A stretch of DNA of 63,275 bases, counting the filler, from Basidiobolus ranarum (Eukaryota), in assembly GCA_040143965.1 (NCBI GenBank). It is 55 parts of 55 records of this genome, joined end to end, with 100 filler letters (N's around TTAATTAATTAA, not from the genome) between each part and the next. Parts side by side here need not be neighbours in the genome. Positions count along the whole stretch, not along the records: positions 36,949 to 37,999 come from JASJQH010006669.1; positions 38,100 to 39,150 come from JASJQH010006670.1; positions 39,251 to 40,301 come from JASJQH010006671.1; positions 40,402 to 41,451 come from JASJQH010006672.1; positions 41,552 to 42,601 come from JASJQH010006673.1; positions 42,702 to 43,751 come from JASJQH010006674.1; positions 43,852 to 44,901 come from JASJQH010006675.1; positions 45,002 to 46,051 come from JASJQH010006676.1; 47 more parts are not named here. One strand, 5' to 3'. Below, piece by piece: positions 36,949 through 49,404 of the stretch (positions are counted from its first letter, which is position 1; each line of letters begins with the position of its first letter). The notes below the pieces were generated by a model. It made no database searches. It was not told the origin of the DNA and saw nothing but the letters and a program-made list of their open reading frames with translations. The translations under genes were made by a program, and so were the position numbers.

Positions 36949-37712
36949 TTTTAGCTCTCCGTATACTCTCCTTTAAGTATTTCCCATACCGCTCATTCCT
37001 TGGCACCATACCCTTACCATAACGTTGATCGTTTCCAAGCAGTCTATACCACTTCATAGCTTCTCCTTTCAGTGTTTCGCATACCAGCTGTTTGTTATCA
37101 CCATACCCTTTGTCTTTTGTCAGCAGGATTTAGCTCTTAGTAGACTTCGCTATTAGTATATCCCGTACCCGACATTTGCTAACACCATACCCTTCATCAT
37201 TTGTCAATAGTATTTAGCGCTTTGTAGACTTTTCTTAAAGTGTTGGTCATACCCGTCGTTTGCAGCAGTCCTTAAAACTCATAAACTCTCTTTCAAGTGT
37301 TTCCATACCTGCCGTTGGTTATCACCATACCCTTCGTCACTTGTCAGCAGTCTTTACCACTTCGTAGACACTTCTTTAAGTGTTTTCTATACCCTTCGTT
37401 TGTTGTCACCATACTCTTTGTCACTAATCGGTGGTTTTTAGAACTACATAAACTCTTTTTTAAGTGTTTTTTATACTCATTGTTTATTGTATTACCATAC
37501 CCTTCGTCGTTTTCAGTAGTCTCTACAAATTTATAGGCTATCTTTTAAGTGTTCCTCATACCCGTCGTTCTAGGCACCATTTTTCAGTGGTCATTGGCAC
37601 TTCATAAACTCTCCTTTCAGTGTTTCCCATACCTGTCGTTGGTTATCACCATACCTTTTGTCACTTGTCAGCAGGCTTTGGTCTTAGTAGACTTTCCTTT
37701 GTGTATTTCCCA
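36949..37712. repeat. Degenerate ~84-bp tandem repeat (about 9 units)
   Basis: CACCATAC-like anchor at 37004, 37099, 37183, 37323, 37407, 37493, 37575, 37647. Confidence 0.8.
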
Positions 37713-38906
37713 CAATATATGATCTAACAGGCTATTCTTCGATCTGTTATTAACATGAATACTGAAATATCCGATTGAAAAAAAAATATCCACCTGAGAA
37801 ATGATGAACAGAATATTTCAAGGTGTTAACAAGGTATCATGCCTGGTTTTACTGTTTTGCATAACATCGAGACAGTGTTGGACGATAGCATTCCTGTTAC
37901 TACTCACAAATGATTAAGCTAAGCCACAACCGCCTCGTGGCGTGAGTATTGATAGTACAGCGGTTGGACATATCGCATTGGATTGAACTTGAAGTTTATN
38001 NNNNNNNNNNNNNNNNNNNNNNNNNNNNNNNNNNNNNNNNNNNTTAATTAATTAANNNNNNNNNNNNNNNNNNNNNNNNNNNNNNNNNNNNNNNNNNNNC
38101 TATGGATACATTGCTTTCTGTTTCTGATATATGTATCATAACTAAAGTTAACTATGATGTTGAGTAAAGATTAGTTATCCAACAGTGAGTCCAATATATT
38201 TTGGCTGAATATTTGATAAAAATTTGACAAAATTGAGGTGCTTGTTCAAATCATCAGTGATGGTGATAATATGAATCAGCTACTTGCCAAATAACAGTAT
38301 TATTCTAATATCAGATTTTCAACAACTTGTTAAGTATTAGTTTGTGGCAAAGAGTATTGTTATTATAGAGATGTCTATAACAAATCAATAATGTGCATAC
38401 ATTGAGACCTAACACCAGAAGATGCTACTGTTTCTTAATTCTCTTAATGGCAGGAATATATGGCCAAAAGGCAATAATGTGGTTTATTTAAATTTATAAT
38501 GCAGCTGACCAAGAACAATTCCTGCTGAAAAAGGAATTTTTGATCAATTTGCATGATATTGAAAGATGCTCAATACTTTGACATGACTAAATACCATTAA
38601 TTTGCCACATTTAGACTGTCACTAACTCTGACAAAATACAAGCAGGCCAATTGGTAAAGGTTCTCAGATGTGATCCCTCCAAGTAATGGTTCATCCAAAC
38701 CAGATTGACTTGATTTTATTTTGTCAGGATGTCGAGTGGAGTTAGCACAAGTATTACTAAGCATTGTTATTTATTTTATTGGCAAAGAGAAAAGATACAT
38801 ATATAGGTATATATCTTTCTAAGAATGTGCCATCTTAGACTGCTTCTTTGTTGATAAGTAATTTTGTATTTTCTATGTAAACTTCATTACATAACTACAC
38901 AGAATT

Positions 38907-38979
38907 GCCCCTGCAACTCAGTGGAAAGAGTGTTTCTTTCCAGATGAGAGAATTGTGGGTTCAACCTCCACCTTGGTTG
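38907..38979 (+). pseudogene. Degenerate tRNA-like sequence (possible CCA anticodon)
   Basis: CAACTCAGTGGAAAGAGTG A-box region, TTCCAGA loop, GGGTTCAACCTCC B-box region; stems imperfect. Confidence 0.4.
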
Positions 38980-39250
38980 TTTTGCATGGGAAAAGTTGCA
39001 AATTTGGAAGCTTAACACCTTTATTGCTACTTGACATTGGGATGTGATAGTAAATTGCTCAAAACATTCAAACCCTACTCAAGCTATCCATATGTCTAGA
39101 AGATCAAAACTGGGCGCCAGATCTCAGCTAAGCAAATTTGATGACATCTTNNNNNNNNNNNNNNNNNNNNNNNNNNNNNNNNNNNNNNNNNNNNTTAATT
39201 AATTAANNNNNNNNNNNNNNNNNNNNNNNNNNNNNNNNNNNNNNNNNNNN

Positions 39251-39467
39251 AGTTCTCCAATATATAGATTTTTCAAACTTGTGCTAGAAGCCCCAAACTT
39301 TGCACACATGTTCCTGGGCCCTTCCTTAGCATATTTAACATGTCAGTTTGTTTACACCTTGACAAAACTATCAATGACAACTTTCTACTCAATAATTTGA
39401 CAAGTGAAAACCACCAATTCCTCTAATTCTCCAAACCACTTCCAACAGGCTCCCAAATACTTTAACA
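39251..39467 (+). mobile_element. LTR-B 3' part
   Basis: Ends CCCAAATACTTTAACA with no PBS after it (3' or solo LTR). Confidence 0.8.
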
Positions 39468-40401
39468 TGATCAACTCAAAAGTGGCAGTCTTAAAAAGGT
39501 TTTCATAGGGTAACAAAGCAAATTTTTGCCTAAGGTAGTATTTCTCCACATATGTGTTCCATAGGAAATTTCCAGAGAGTGAGTCATGGTCTCATATCTT
39601 GTAAGCACTATGATAAATGGAACAAAGCAACAACTGAGTAATTGCAGAGTTTGATTTGTAAATGGCTGTTTCTATGAAGCAACCTCCCAAATTCTCTCAC
39701 AAACCACTTGCAATACCTTAAAATTCTATACAAATCAGTGGAGGTTGATGAATGTCTTAAAATATTTTAGCAATATCTACAGAGAGTTCCCAATGCTTTG
39801 AGTGTATATTAGGTTAGTTTCTCTTAAGTATACAGCTGGAATAGTTCCATATCTATTAGTTCCAGTACTTGCACTTTTGTAACCTTGGGCTGGTCTGAAT
39901 ATTGATTATGGATTAGGTGGAATATGGTGGGGCTTGGATTTGCTCAATTGGTGCTCCTCCTGTAGGGTATTTCTGTGAAATCTCAATGGGTTCCTGCAGA
40001 TCAAATTTACCCCTATATAATCATGTCATCAAGATAAAAATGTCACAGAACAGAATATGCCTAGTCTCTTATGGATAAACTGGCCCTGGGTGACAGCTTA
40101 GTCCTGACTCTGTTGTAGATTCACTACTTGTTGTGCATGCCAAAAGCATGTTGCATTCATTTTAGCTGGGTAATACTACAAGCTAACATTCAATTTTGAT
40201 TAGTAAGGATGCACCATCACTGATCAAAATGGGAATTATTTAGCTTTGGGAGAAAAGGATCAAAACTTATACAAACTTTCATATAATTCAAGAGATTTAT
40301 ANNNNNNNNNNNNNNNNNNNNNNNNNNNNNNNNNNNNNNNNNNNNTTAATTAATTAANNNNNNNNNNNNNNNNNNNNNNNNNNNNNNNNNNNNNNNNNNN
40401 N

Positions 40402-40704
40402 CTAAAATATCTCAATAAAGGCATGCATATTAATTTGAATTCCTGCAGCAGTAAACCCAGTAATTTGCCATTCGAAAATTATATTCTTGCAAAAATTGCT
40501 GGATATTGAATAACGCATGCCAAATTTGAGGATCAATATTTTAACATGTATGAATACCGTCAAGATACCGTCAAGAAACCGCTGTTACACCATCAAAATC
40601 CCTGGCAGAATGCAAGCCAATGATATTGTGATGGTTCTCTGACGGTTTTGCTATTTTGGAGGGTGGATCCGATCCAGATCAAATCGATTTTATTTTTGTT
40701 AGGG
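40402..40704 (+). mobile_element. CMC element end on the transposase side (TIR ATTTTTGTTAGGG)
   Basis: rc of 1800-2090. Flank from 40705 matches the uninterrupted sequence at 24379 onward. Confidence 0.8.
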
Positions 40705-41551
40705 TATTTCTCAAATATAGCTTCTAGGGTGGTGATAGGAAAGCCAGTAGTTGCTTTTGGATTAATGAGGAATGACCATTTACAGTAGATGGAGAGCATG
40801 AGATTAATCTTGTGTTGAGCTGGCATGATACTGATTAATCTGGTGTGTGTGAGTTATTTTTCTAAGAATTTCAATTATCATGGTAAAATTCCCTACATTC
40901 TGTATATAAAAGTTCTGTTTGCAATTATTATCCTAATTAATTCAATTATGTGTAATTGCATGGAAATTATATATTAAACTGCATCAGCAAAGTTAATCAT
41001 AGTTTGATCCAAATCAATTTATTTAGTGTACATAATGAAATGGCTCAAAGTAGAATGCATTATGCTTGAGCACACTATAGGAAATTAACTTTGACATTTT
41101 AGCCAATAATATAAAAAAGATCCCTAATTCTGATTGAAACCAATCAAGTCTAACATCAGAGATATATATGGTAGTTATGCATCATGTCGAAACAGATTCT
41201 TCCTGATTCACAACCTACTTTGGTACCAGAAACCACCACTTCCAAAATTTTGCGCATGCAGTCAAATGAAGGTTTGGAGGGTGCAAAGCAGCATGTGCCT
41301 AATGGTTTTACAGATGCCCGGTATCCACTATGAATTCTTGCTTTGATATATGGGAGTTTTTGATAAACTCGACAGAAGCTGGGGAAGGGGGCATTAGACA
41401 AAAGTGGGAGCAAATTTTGACCCTGCTTTGGAGAGAATACAATATCTTCATNNNNNNNNNNNNNNNNNNNNNNNNNNNNNNNNNNNNNNNNNNNNTTAAT
41501 TAATTAANNNNNNNNNNNNNNNNNNNNNNNNNNNNNNNNNNNNNNNNNNNN

Positions 41552-42601
41552 CTTGTCCAGTCTTGTCTTGTCTTGTCTTGTGGTCTACACCCAAGTACTC
41601 TCCTGCCTTCTAGCCTCTTGTCGTTGTTCCCAGTCCTTGTCCAGTTCCTTATTGTGACAGTTCCTTTCCAACAATAGTAAAAGTGAAGAGATTGTAATCC
41701 TGAAATTATGTAGTAAATCAACAGTTGAGTAAAGTTTAACAGAAACACCGTCAAGACCATCAACTTCCAAAATGGCTACTTAGCCAACCATTGAACAACT
41801 CTCCTTAGAAATTTTTGATAGTGTTATTAGGACAAGGGAATTGCAGGCAAACTACCTTAATGATTTGTATGTGATCTTAATTAGGAACTACAAAATTGCT
41901 ATACCAGCCATGATAATCAATAACAACACAATATCACAATTAATGCAGCATTTGGAATCAACTAGTCAACAGTAACCCTAACAGATATTTGAGGATTGTT
42001 ATTGTAGGAAAACCATCACAATTTTAATCTATTTGGGTTTGACCATTGTAGTGTTGGAAATATTCCAATCATATCTTGCACATAATAAGTAGGAAGAATA
42101 TTATCTATTGCTATCTTATAATATTTTACAGATCAAGAAAAAGAACAAGAATATTCAATTGCTCATAGTCACATCAATACTTAACTTATTACAACAATTC
42201 AAGCTACAATCACAGACTCTGGAATCACAGCTTTGCAACCATGCAAGAATCATAAGATTTGATCAAATATTGGTGGAGCTACAACCATTTCAAAATTGCC
42301 AACATAAAAATCAACACTAGCATATATTCAGAACACAGGAATTCAGGATCTCAAGATGCTCACGAAATTAGTGCTAACTTTTGAGCCAGCTAATGGATTC
42401 TCTTCAAATTTTGCACAGAGCTGTGACAGTACTTGGTGCTGATGTATTCCAGGTTTCAAAGCCGCAGCTACTTTTCTAGTGATCTTATTTGCACTTTGAT
42501 GCTAAGCCACCCACTCATAGCATTTATTCTCTGCCACCAATTCATAGCATTTATTCTAAGCTGTTTCTTTATATAAGCAACCCTTCCCCCTATTGAAAAA
42601 G
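41552..42601. mobile_element. Nest: LTR-D end (41659), CMC ORF2 fragment, CMC TIR (41976), unclassified LTR-like repeat from ~42047
   Basis: Homology breakpoints relative to other contigs; TG start and a TATA-like motif in the last segment. Confidence 0.65.
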
Positions 42602-42701
42602 NNNNNNNNNNNNNNNNNNNNNNNNNNNNNNNNNNNNNNNNNNNNTTAATTAATTAANNNNNNNNNNNNNNNNNNNNNNNNNNNNNNNNNNNNNNNNNNN
42701 N

Positions 42702-43751
42702 TAGGAATAGATGTCCTTCTAGGTCTCTATTGGCTATGACACCTTATCAAGCTTGGTTTGGAAGTAAACCTGATGTGGCTAATCTCAGAGTTTTTGGAAG
42801 TACCGCATATGCAATGATTCCAGACCAGAAGAGATCAAAATTAGACCGAAAAAGCCAGAAATGTCTTTTTTTGGGATATTGTGATGGGACAAAAGGGTAC
42901 AGACTGTATGACACTGAAAATAAGAAGCTAATCAAGACAAGGGATGTGGCATTTGCTGAACAAGAAGAATTTTCAGTCAAAACAATCCAGGATCAAGAAA
43001 AACAACTAAAAATTGATGACAATTCTTCTACTTCTCACCAGATCCTCATCAGTGAGAAAAACATTGAAAATCTCTCACCAGCAGTGTCCTCAACCAAGCC
43101 TGAGGTGGTTTCATTGCCTAAATTGGTACCAGAAGTTGTAGTGCCAATTTCCCATCTTAGGAGATCCAATCAGATGAGATCTCCACCTGATTACTACTCT
43201 ACCACTAGCCAAAAGGAGTCTAGTGCTAATTTGACCTTTTCTGATGAACCCAAATCAGTAAAGGAGGCTATGGAGAGTCCCAACACAATGTTTTGGAGTG
43301 CTGCAATGGCAGAGGAGTATCAGTCACTCATAAATAACCAAACTTGGACTTGAGTTAAGTTACCTGACGACCAAAAATCAATCGGATGCAAATGTGTGTT
43401 TAAAGTTAAACAGCAAGCTGATGGATTTGTAGAGAGATATAAAGCCAGACTTGTGGCTAAAGGATACTCTCAGATGGAAGGAGTGGACTACAATGAAACT
43501 TTTGCTCCTGTAGCAAAGTTTAACTCCATCAGAACTTTACTAGCAGTAGCAGCAAAACACAGCTTAAAAATCCATCAAATGGATGTTGAAACAGCTTTTT
43601 TGAATGGGAACTTTAAAGAGGATACATTAATGGATCAACCAGATGGTTTTGTGGATCCTGAGCACCCTGAGGACGTGTGTAAGTTGCAAAAATCACTGTA
43701 TGGACTTAAACAATCACCCAGGGCCTGGTACACTAAGATAGACTCATACTT
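42702..43751 (+). mobile_element. Copia integrase C-terminus to RT
   Basis: LRVFGS, KCLFLGY, YKARLVAKGYSQ..GVDYNETFAPV, HQMDVETAFLNG, SLYGLKQSPRAW; one stop at 43353. Confidence 0.95.
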
Positions 43752-43853
43752 NNNNNNNNNNNNNNNNNNNNNNNNNNNNNNNNNNNNNNNNNNNNTTAAT
43801 TAATTAANNNNNNNNNNNNNNNNNNNNNNNNNNNNNNNNNNNNNNNNNNNNCA

Positions 43854-44012
43854 CCATCCCAATGCCCTCCACCAAGTGAAGTGACGGATTCACCTACTGC
43901 AGTACCATCTGGTAATGCCGGTGGCGCCTGGACTACTTCATGGAGTAGTAGCAGCTCCTGGTCGACATCATGGACTTCATCGCGTAATCCCAAAGCAACT
44001 GGGGTACAATAA
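43854..44012 (+). CDS. 3' end of a probable host gene (Pro/Ser/Thr/Trp-rich tail)
   Basis: PSQCPPPSEVTDSPTAVPSGNAGGAWTTSWSSSSSWSTSWTSSRNPKATGVQ*; GC-richer with CpGs retained, then AT-rich 3' flank. Confidence 0.45.
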   Translation, partial: PSQCPPPSEVTDSPTAVPSGNAGGAWTTSWSSSSSWSTSWTSSRNPKATGVQ

Positions 44013-45001
44013 TTGTAAGGCATATTGAGATCTGTATTGTTTCAGTAATAAGATCCTACCTTCATATTCAAAGGTTACTTTGAGGCTTTGCTCTACATAT
44101 TCTGTAGTCGTATTAGTGTTCATATTCTGCTTCGCACTGCCCTTATGACTACCTATGCAATACGGATTAAGAGCCATGCTATAAATTACTAAATAGCGAT
44201 GAATACGACATGTAGTAGTTTTTCACTCTACTGCCGTTTCTGAATAAAATAGAATACTTATTTGTATTGGTGGTGAGCAGGATTAAAATATATACAATGA
44301 CAACTAGTACAATGCGAGTCTCATGAAGCCGAATCATCCGGACCTGGCTCATTAAATGATTGTGGATATTGAAAATCCTGTACATGTATAAAGCTTGGAA
44401 TACTGGCGTATTGACACATTTTTGGAGGCATAATGAAGACCTAAATTGATGCAGTGTTATCAGAACATCCACCAATATTCCGACAAAGCAGGCGATTAAT
44501 TGTGGTAAATGGGAATTGAAACCAAGGTTATTGAGAGGCCGATATTTTGGTTAAATATTATGTTCATCTCATATCGTACATATAACTTTTACCATTTCAC
44601 TTGTGTGTCCCCGTATCAACTTTGCGCTTTAAATACATCTTATATTGGTTACACCCAATCAGAATATTAGCTTTTAATCAAATTTCAACTTTTGTATTCA
44701 GGACTTCTTTAGAACCATATGTTTCGTCGGTTATTTTTTCAATGTAACTGATTCGAAGTTTTATGTTGCCATCATCTTCCTAATTTCACGTACTCTTTTA
44801 ACTTAATATAGATGAGTAGTAATGTCCGATCTGCTAAGAGAAGCGTGAAATGGATCAGTCTAGCTATTCGAGACGTTTCAGCTGAAGATATTCCTATCTG
44901 GNNNNNNNNNNNNNNNNNNNNNNNNNNNNNNNNNNNNNNNNNNNNTTAATTAATTAANNNNNNNNNNNNNNNNNNNNNNNNNNNNNNNNNNNNNNNNNNN
45001 N

Positions 45002-46051
45002 GTGCACTAAATCGACTTTAGTTTTGCCCATTGAGTCCACTGACTGTAGTTTGCCTCAAAGCTTTGGTAACACTGCCAAAAGTCAAGATACCATGGAGTT
45101 ACCACAGTTATAAGACCAGAATGATGTAGGTCAAAATGCAACTTTGGTTGAACCAGTAAGTCCAGACAACTTTGAGGACTTGCTGCTAGATGTTAACCTT
45201 AGTTATTCCAGTACCAATGGAAGTATCTCAGAAGTTGAAGAAGAAGATGATGGTTTTGTTACAAACTCTTTGTTATTGGCTAGCATTAGCCCACTAAGAA
45301 CACTTACTGTAAAGGAAGCAGCTTTGATTATTGAGGAGTGGAGAGTTCGATCCAATCTTAGCAACCAAGTGTTTATTGATTTTCTTACACTTTTGCCACA
45401 GTTGATTGGCAACTGTTGCTTACCACAGACCTGGTACAAGTAGAAAACACTTGGCAATTGTATGACTTACAATCCTTCAGTAATTAAGCTACCTTCATGT
45501 CCAAATGGTTGTTTGGCTTTCACCAGTGATCTGAAAAACAGAAGTCATATACTGTTTGCACACAATTGGCAATCCCTGAATCAGGTAAATATTGTTCATA
45601 TTTGGCTTACATACCACTGATTCCCCATCTTAAAGTTTTGATGAAATCACCCATATATAGATCATTGATCCAATACCAAAGTACTTACCATAAAGCTGAT
45701 TGTATTACCAATATACTTGATGGATATCATTCCCAGAATCTGGAAAGTGACGGTTTCTTTGGGAACACATATGATCATGCATTTATATTGGCTCTGGATG
45801 GTTTCTCCCTTAACAAATATACCATTGGAAAGGCTTGCTGGCCAATAATTTTAATCAACTTAAATCTTCCTCCTTCTGAATGGTAGAACAGTCATAATAT
45901 TCTGATACTATCCATCATATCTGGACCTAAATCACCAGTGCTTATAGATAGCTTCTTGGAGCCTTTGATTGCAGAATTTGAATGGTTATCTAATGGGGTT
46001 CAGATGGGTGAATATTTTATTAAAGCTAATATCATTGTATGTATTAGTGAC
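45002..46051 (+). mobile_element. CACTA/EnSpm-like transposase N-terminal half (decayed)
   Basis: LALDGF, WPIILINLNLPP, SGPKSP motifs. Confidence 0.88.
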
Positions 46052-46151
46052 NNNNNNNNNNNNNNNNNNNNNNNNNNNNNNNNNNNNNNNNNNNNTTAAT
46101 TAATTAANNNNNNNNNNNNNNNNNNNNNNNNNNNNNNNNNNNNNNNNNNNN

Positions 46152-47173
46152 CTGAATGGTTACAACTGCAGTATACATTAGCAATGGTTGTCCTTCTGGC
46201 TATCTATTGTCCATCCAACCTTATCAAGCATGGTTTGTAAGTAAACCTGATGTAGCTAATCTCACAGTTTTTGCAAGTACCACATATGCACTGATTCCAG
46301 ACAAGGAGGGATCAAAAATAGACCAAAAAAGCCAAAAAAGTCTTTTTGTGAAATATTATGATGGAACAACAGGGTACAGACTATAAGACACAAAAATAAG
46401 ATACTAATCAACTCAGGGGATGTGGAATTTGCTGAAGAAGAAAAATCTTAAATCAAAACAATTTAAGTTCAAGAAAAACAAGCCAAAGCCTGCAGGCACA
46501 AAAGGAAAAAAACCAGCAAGAACAGAGAAAAATGCAATGCAAGTATGCGGAAAGTGGCTTCAGAAGAAAAACATTCAACTTAACATTCAGTCTGGTGTTA
46601 ACCATGCTGATATCTAGGAAGAACTTAATACAGAGTGGCACAATGTTGCAGGGTATCTGCCAGATAGCTGGAAGAATGTTGATTCAGCAATGTTGATACA
46701 ATGGTGGGCTTTGATGGAGATATTGATACAAACTTGTGTTGGGCATGAGCTAAACTTTGGGTATGCAGAACTCTATAAAAATATTCAGGAGAATATATCA
46801 AAGAGACTAGGGATTTTGAAGGTGACAAATTAGCATTCAAGTGGTAATTGGGTAAAATTTGAGTTATGTTAACATTACTTTTATATTTTTTTGCAAGTAT
46901 CACTCAACTGCAAATTGGAATGTATATTATATATATGTAAATAATGTGAGAATTAGCAATTCCATATCGGAAATTTTAAACTTGTCCAAATTGCCCCAAA
47001 AATAGCATATTTTACTCCTACAGATGTTCTGAACACAACCCCAGTGTTAGTTTTCAGTATTTCCACCAAAGGTTATAAATGCTTTATAACTGGACAATAA
47101 ATGATTATCTCACAAAGCTATTCACAACTCCACTTTTCTAAAGTTCCTCCAAAAAGCCCATATTTTCCCAATA
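46152..47173 (+). mobile_element. Nest: copia integrase remnant, internally deleted CMC ORF2 (46480-46866), full LTR-C (~46867-47173)
   Basis: KPKPAGTKGKKPARTE fused to KNAMQVCGKWLQKKNIQ; LTR TGTTAACATT...TTCCCAATA. Confidence 0.75.
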
Positions 47174-47302
47174 GAACACCCTGAATTTGAAGTTAGCAGA
47201 GNNNNNNNNNNNNNNNNNNNNNNNNNNNNNNNNNNNNNNNNNNNNTTAATTAATTAANNNNNNNNNNNNNNNNNNNNNNNNNNNNNNNNNNNNNNNNNNN
47301 NC

Positions 47303-47695
47303 TGGGTCTTCGATACAGGCAACTCTCAATAGAACAGAGTCCGTATGGAGCAGAATGGCTCATTTATTGAGCGCAAGACATTCCCTCAACTTCCCTGGGG
47401 TCATATCAAAAACCCCAGCTACATCAAGACTGCTCACGGTAACTTGTTATTGACTAGTGGCTGGTGGGGTATTGTCCGTAAGCCTCATTACACTGCCGAT
47501 TTAGTCATGGCCTTATCATGGGGCTTAATTACCGGTTTTGGTTCATTTGTGCCCTACTTTTATTTCTGCTTTTTCATTGTTGTCTTGATTCATCGTGTTT
47601 CTCGCGATATGGAGAGATGTGCTAAGAAGTACGGCAAAGACTGGGAACGTTATTGTGAACGTGTTCCATACATTTTTGTTCCCTATATCTTCTAA
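47303..47695 (+). CDS. ERG4: ERG4/ERG24-family sterol reductase C-terminus (ERG4-like); in-frame TAG at 47330
   Basis: RKTFPQLPW, LLTSGWWG..RKPHYTAD, LIHRVSRD..RC.KKYGKDW.RYC..VPY.F.PY. Confidence 0.88.
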
Positions 47696-48173
47696 GGGAA
47701 AATATTGGTATTTAGATTTCATATATTACTATAGAATATTATCTATAATCCACGTTTGATGGTTTATAGTCATAGAATGTCCATTCTCACTTAACTATTA
47801 TATTCTTACCTAAAACTTGTGAACAAGATGAAGTTCACTTTCCAAAATTTGTCATATAACAAAAATAAAATCTGCACATATATCAGAATTCAAATTAAAT
47901 TATTCTACTTGGATCTGAAACCATATTCTATTGACGCCTGTATATAGAGATTGTTCACAATGCATCAATTCTTGTAGTAAATTTGAAATTGTGATTTGCT
48001 ATAAAAGATAAGAGTTTTACTTGTATCTTATTCTCTACGAATTCCATATTATTTGTCATTATCAAGTGATGTAAGTACTCTCATCCTGCATCTAATTGAA
48101 ATAATTTGAAATAGCCCAGAATGATTTGAATTTGACTCATGGTCACATAGTAAATGGAATTATTACTACTACC

Positions 48174-48350
48174 TGTTGAAATTAGCATTACCTAAGCACC
48201 CATATAGTCATATATAGCTTAGTACTTTGTTATCTTATATTTCACTATGATATTACCCCTTATTCTCATGCGGAATTTACCTAGAAGTTCTCAGATATAT
48301 AGATTTTTCAAACTTGTGCTAGAAGCCCCAAACTTGGCACACATGTTCCT
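48174..48350 (+). mobile_element. LTR-B 5' part
   Basis: Starts TGTTGAAATTAGCATT. Confidence 0.8.
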
Positions 48351-48450
48351 NNNNNNNNNNNNNNNNNNNNNNNNNNNNNNNNNNNNNNNNNNNNTTAATT
48401 AATTAANNNNNNNNNNNNNNNNNNNNNNNNNNNNNNNNNNNNNNNNNNNN

Positions 48451-49404
48451 TTCATTACAATGATCTGCCTGCAATTCCCTTGTTATGATAGTTCTATCCA
48501 ATTCTTCTACAGAGAGTTGTTCAATAGTTGGCAAAGTAGCCATTTTGGAACTTGATGGTCTTGATGGTGCTTCTGTTGAACTTTGCTCAACTGTTGATTC
48601 ACCATATAATTGGGGATTAAAATCTCTTCACTTGCACTATTGCTGGAAAGGAACACATCTGGTGAATTGATCAAAGCTTCATCATTACTTGAGTTAGATT
48701 CTGGCATGTTAATGCCTCCCAAAGTGAATAGTAGATTGCTAGACTGCTCATCAAATAAGTCCTCTGTTCTTGCTGGTTTTTTTCCTTTTGTGCCAGCAGG
48801 TTTTGGCTTGGAAGCCAATTTTGATTTTGATTTTGAACACTTTTTGATTGGCATTGATATTTTCAGATGGTAAACTTGGTGTAATGGAATTGTTTAGAAA
48901 CAGCCTATAATAAACCAAAATTGCCATCCATTATTTGAAGTATCTTGTAAATCCCCTGATGACTCATATGTGACACCATCTTGGAATCAGCTGATGACAT
49001 TGATGGGCTATATCTAAAATACCACCATTACATAGGAGGTGTTCTTATTTCTACAATATCTTTCTCAAGCCACAACATAAATGTTTAAAGAAGCCCTGCG
49101 ATTATTGTCACAAATTCTTGTGCCATGAAAGCTGGAGGCTTCATAGAAGAAAAAACACAAGCATGGTCACCGTACAAAGCCACTGATGCACAAAGCCTGG
49201 TGAATACCAACAGTAATAAGTGCACAAAATCAACTTCAGTTTAGCCCACTAAGTTCACTGGCTGTTTGTTGCCTCAAAGTTTTGGTAACACTGCCAGAAG
49301 TCAAGATACTGTAGAGTTACCACAGTTATATGACCAAAATGCTGTAGGTAGAAATGCAACATTGGTCAGACCAGTAAGTCCAGATAACTTTGAGGAAATG
49401 CTTC
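48451..49404. mobile_element. CMC divergent region: ORF2 start on minus (48854), transposase 5' region on plus; interrupted at 49405 by LTR-like family G (TGTCATGATTCTG, also at 25290)
   Basis: MPIKKCSKSKSKLASKPKPAG (-); SQDTVELPQLYDQN (+). Confidence 0.75.
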
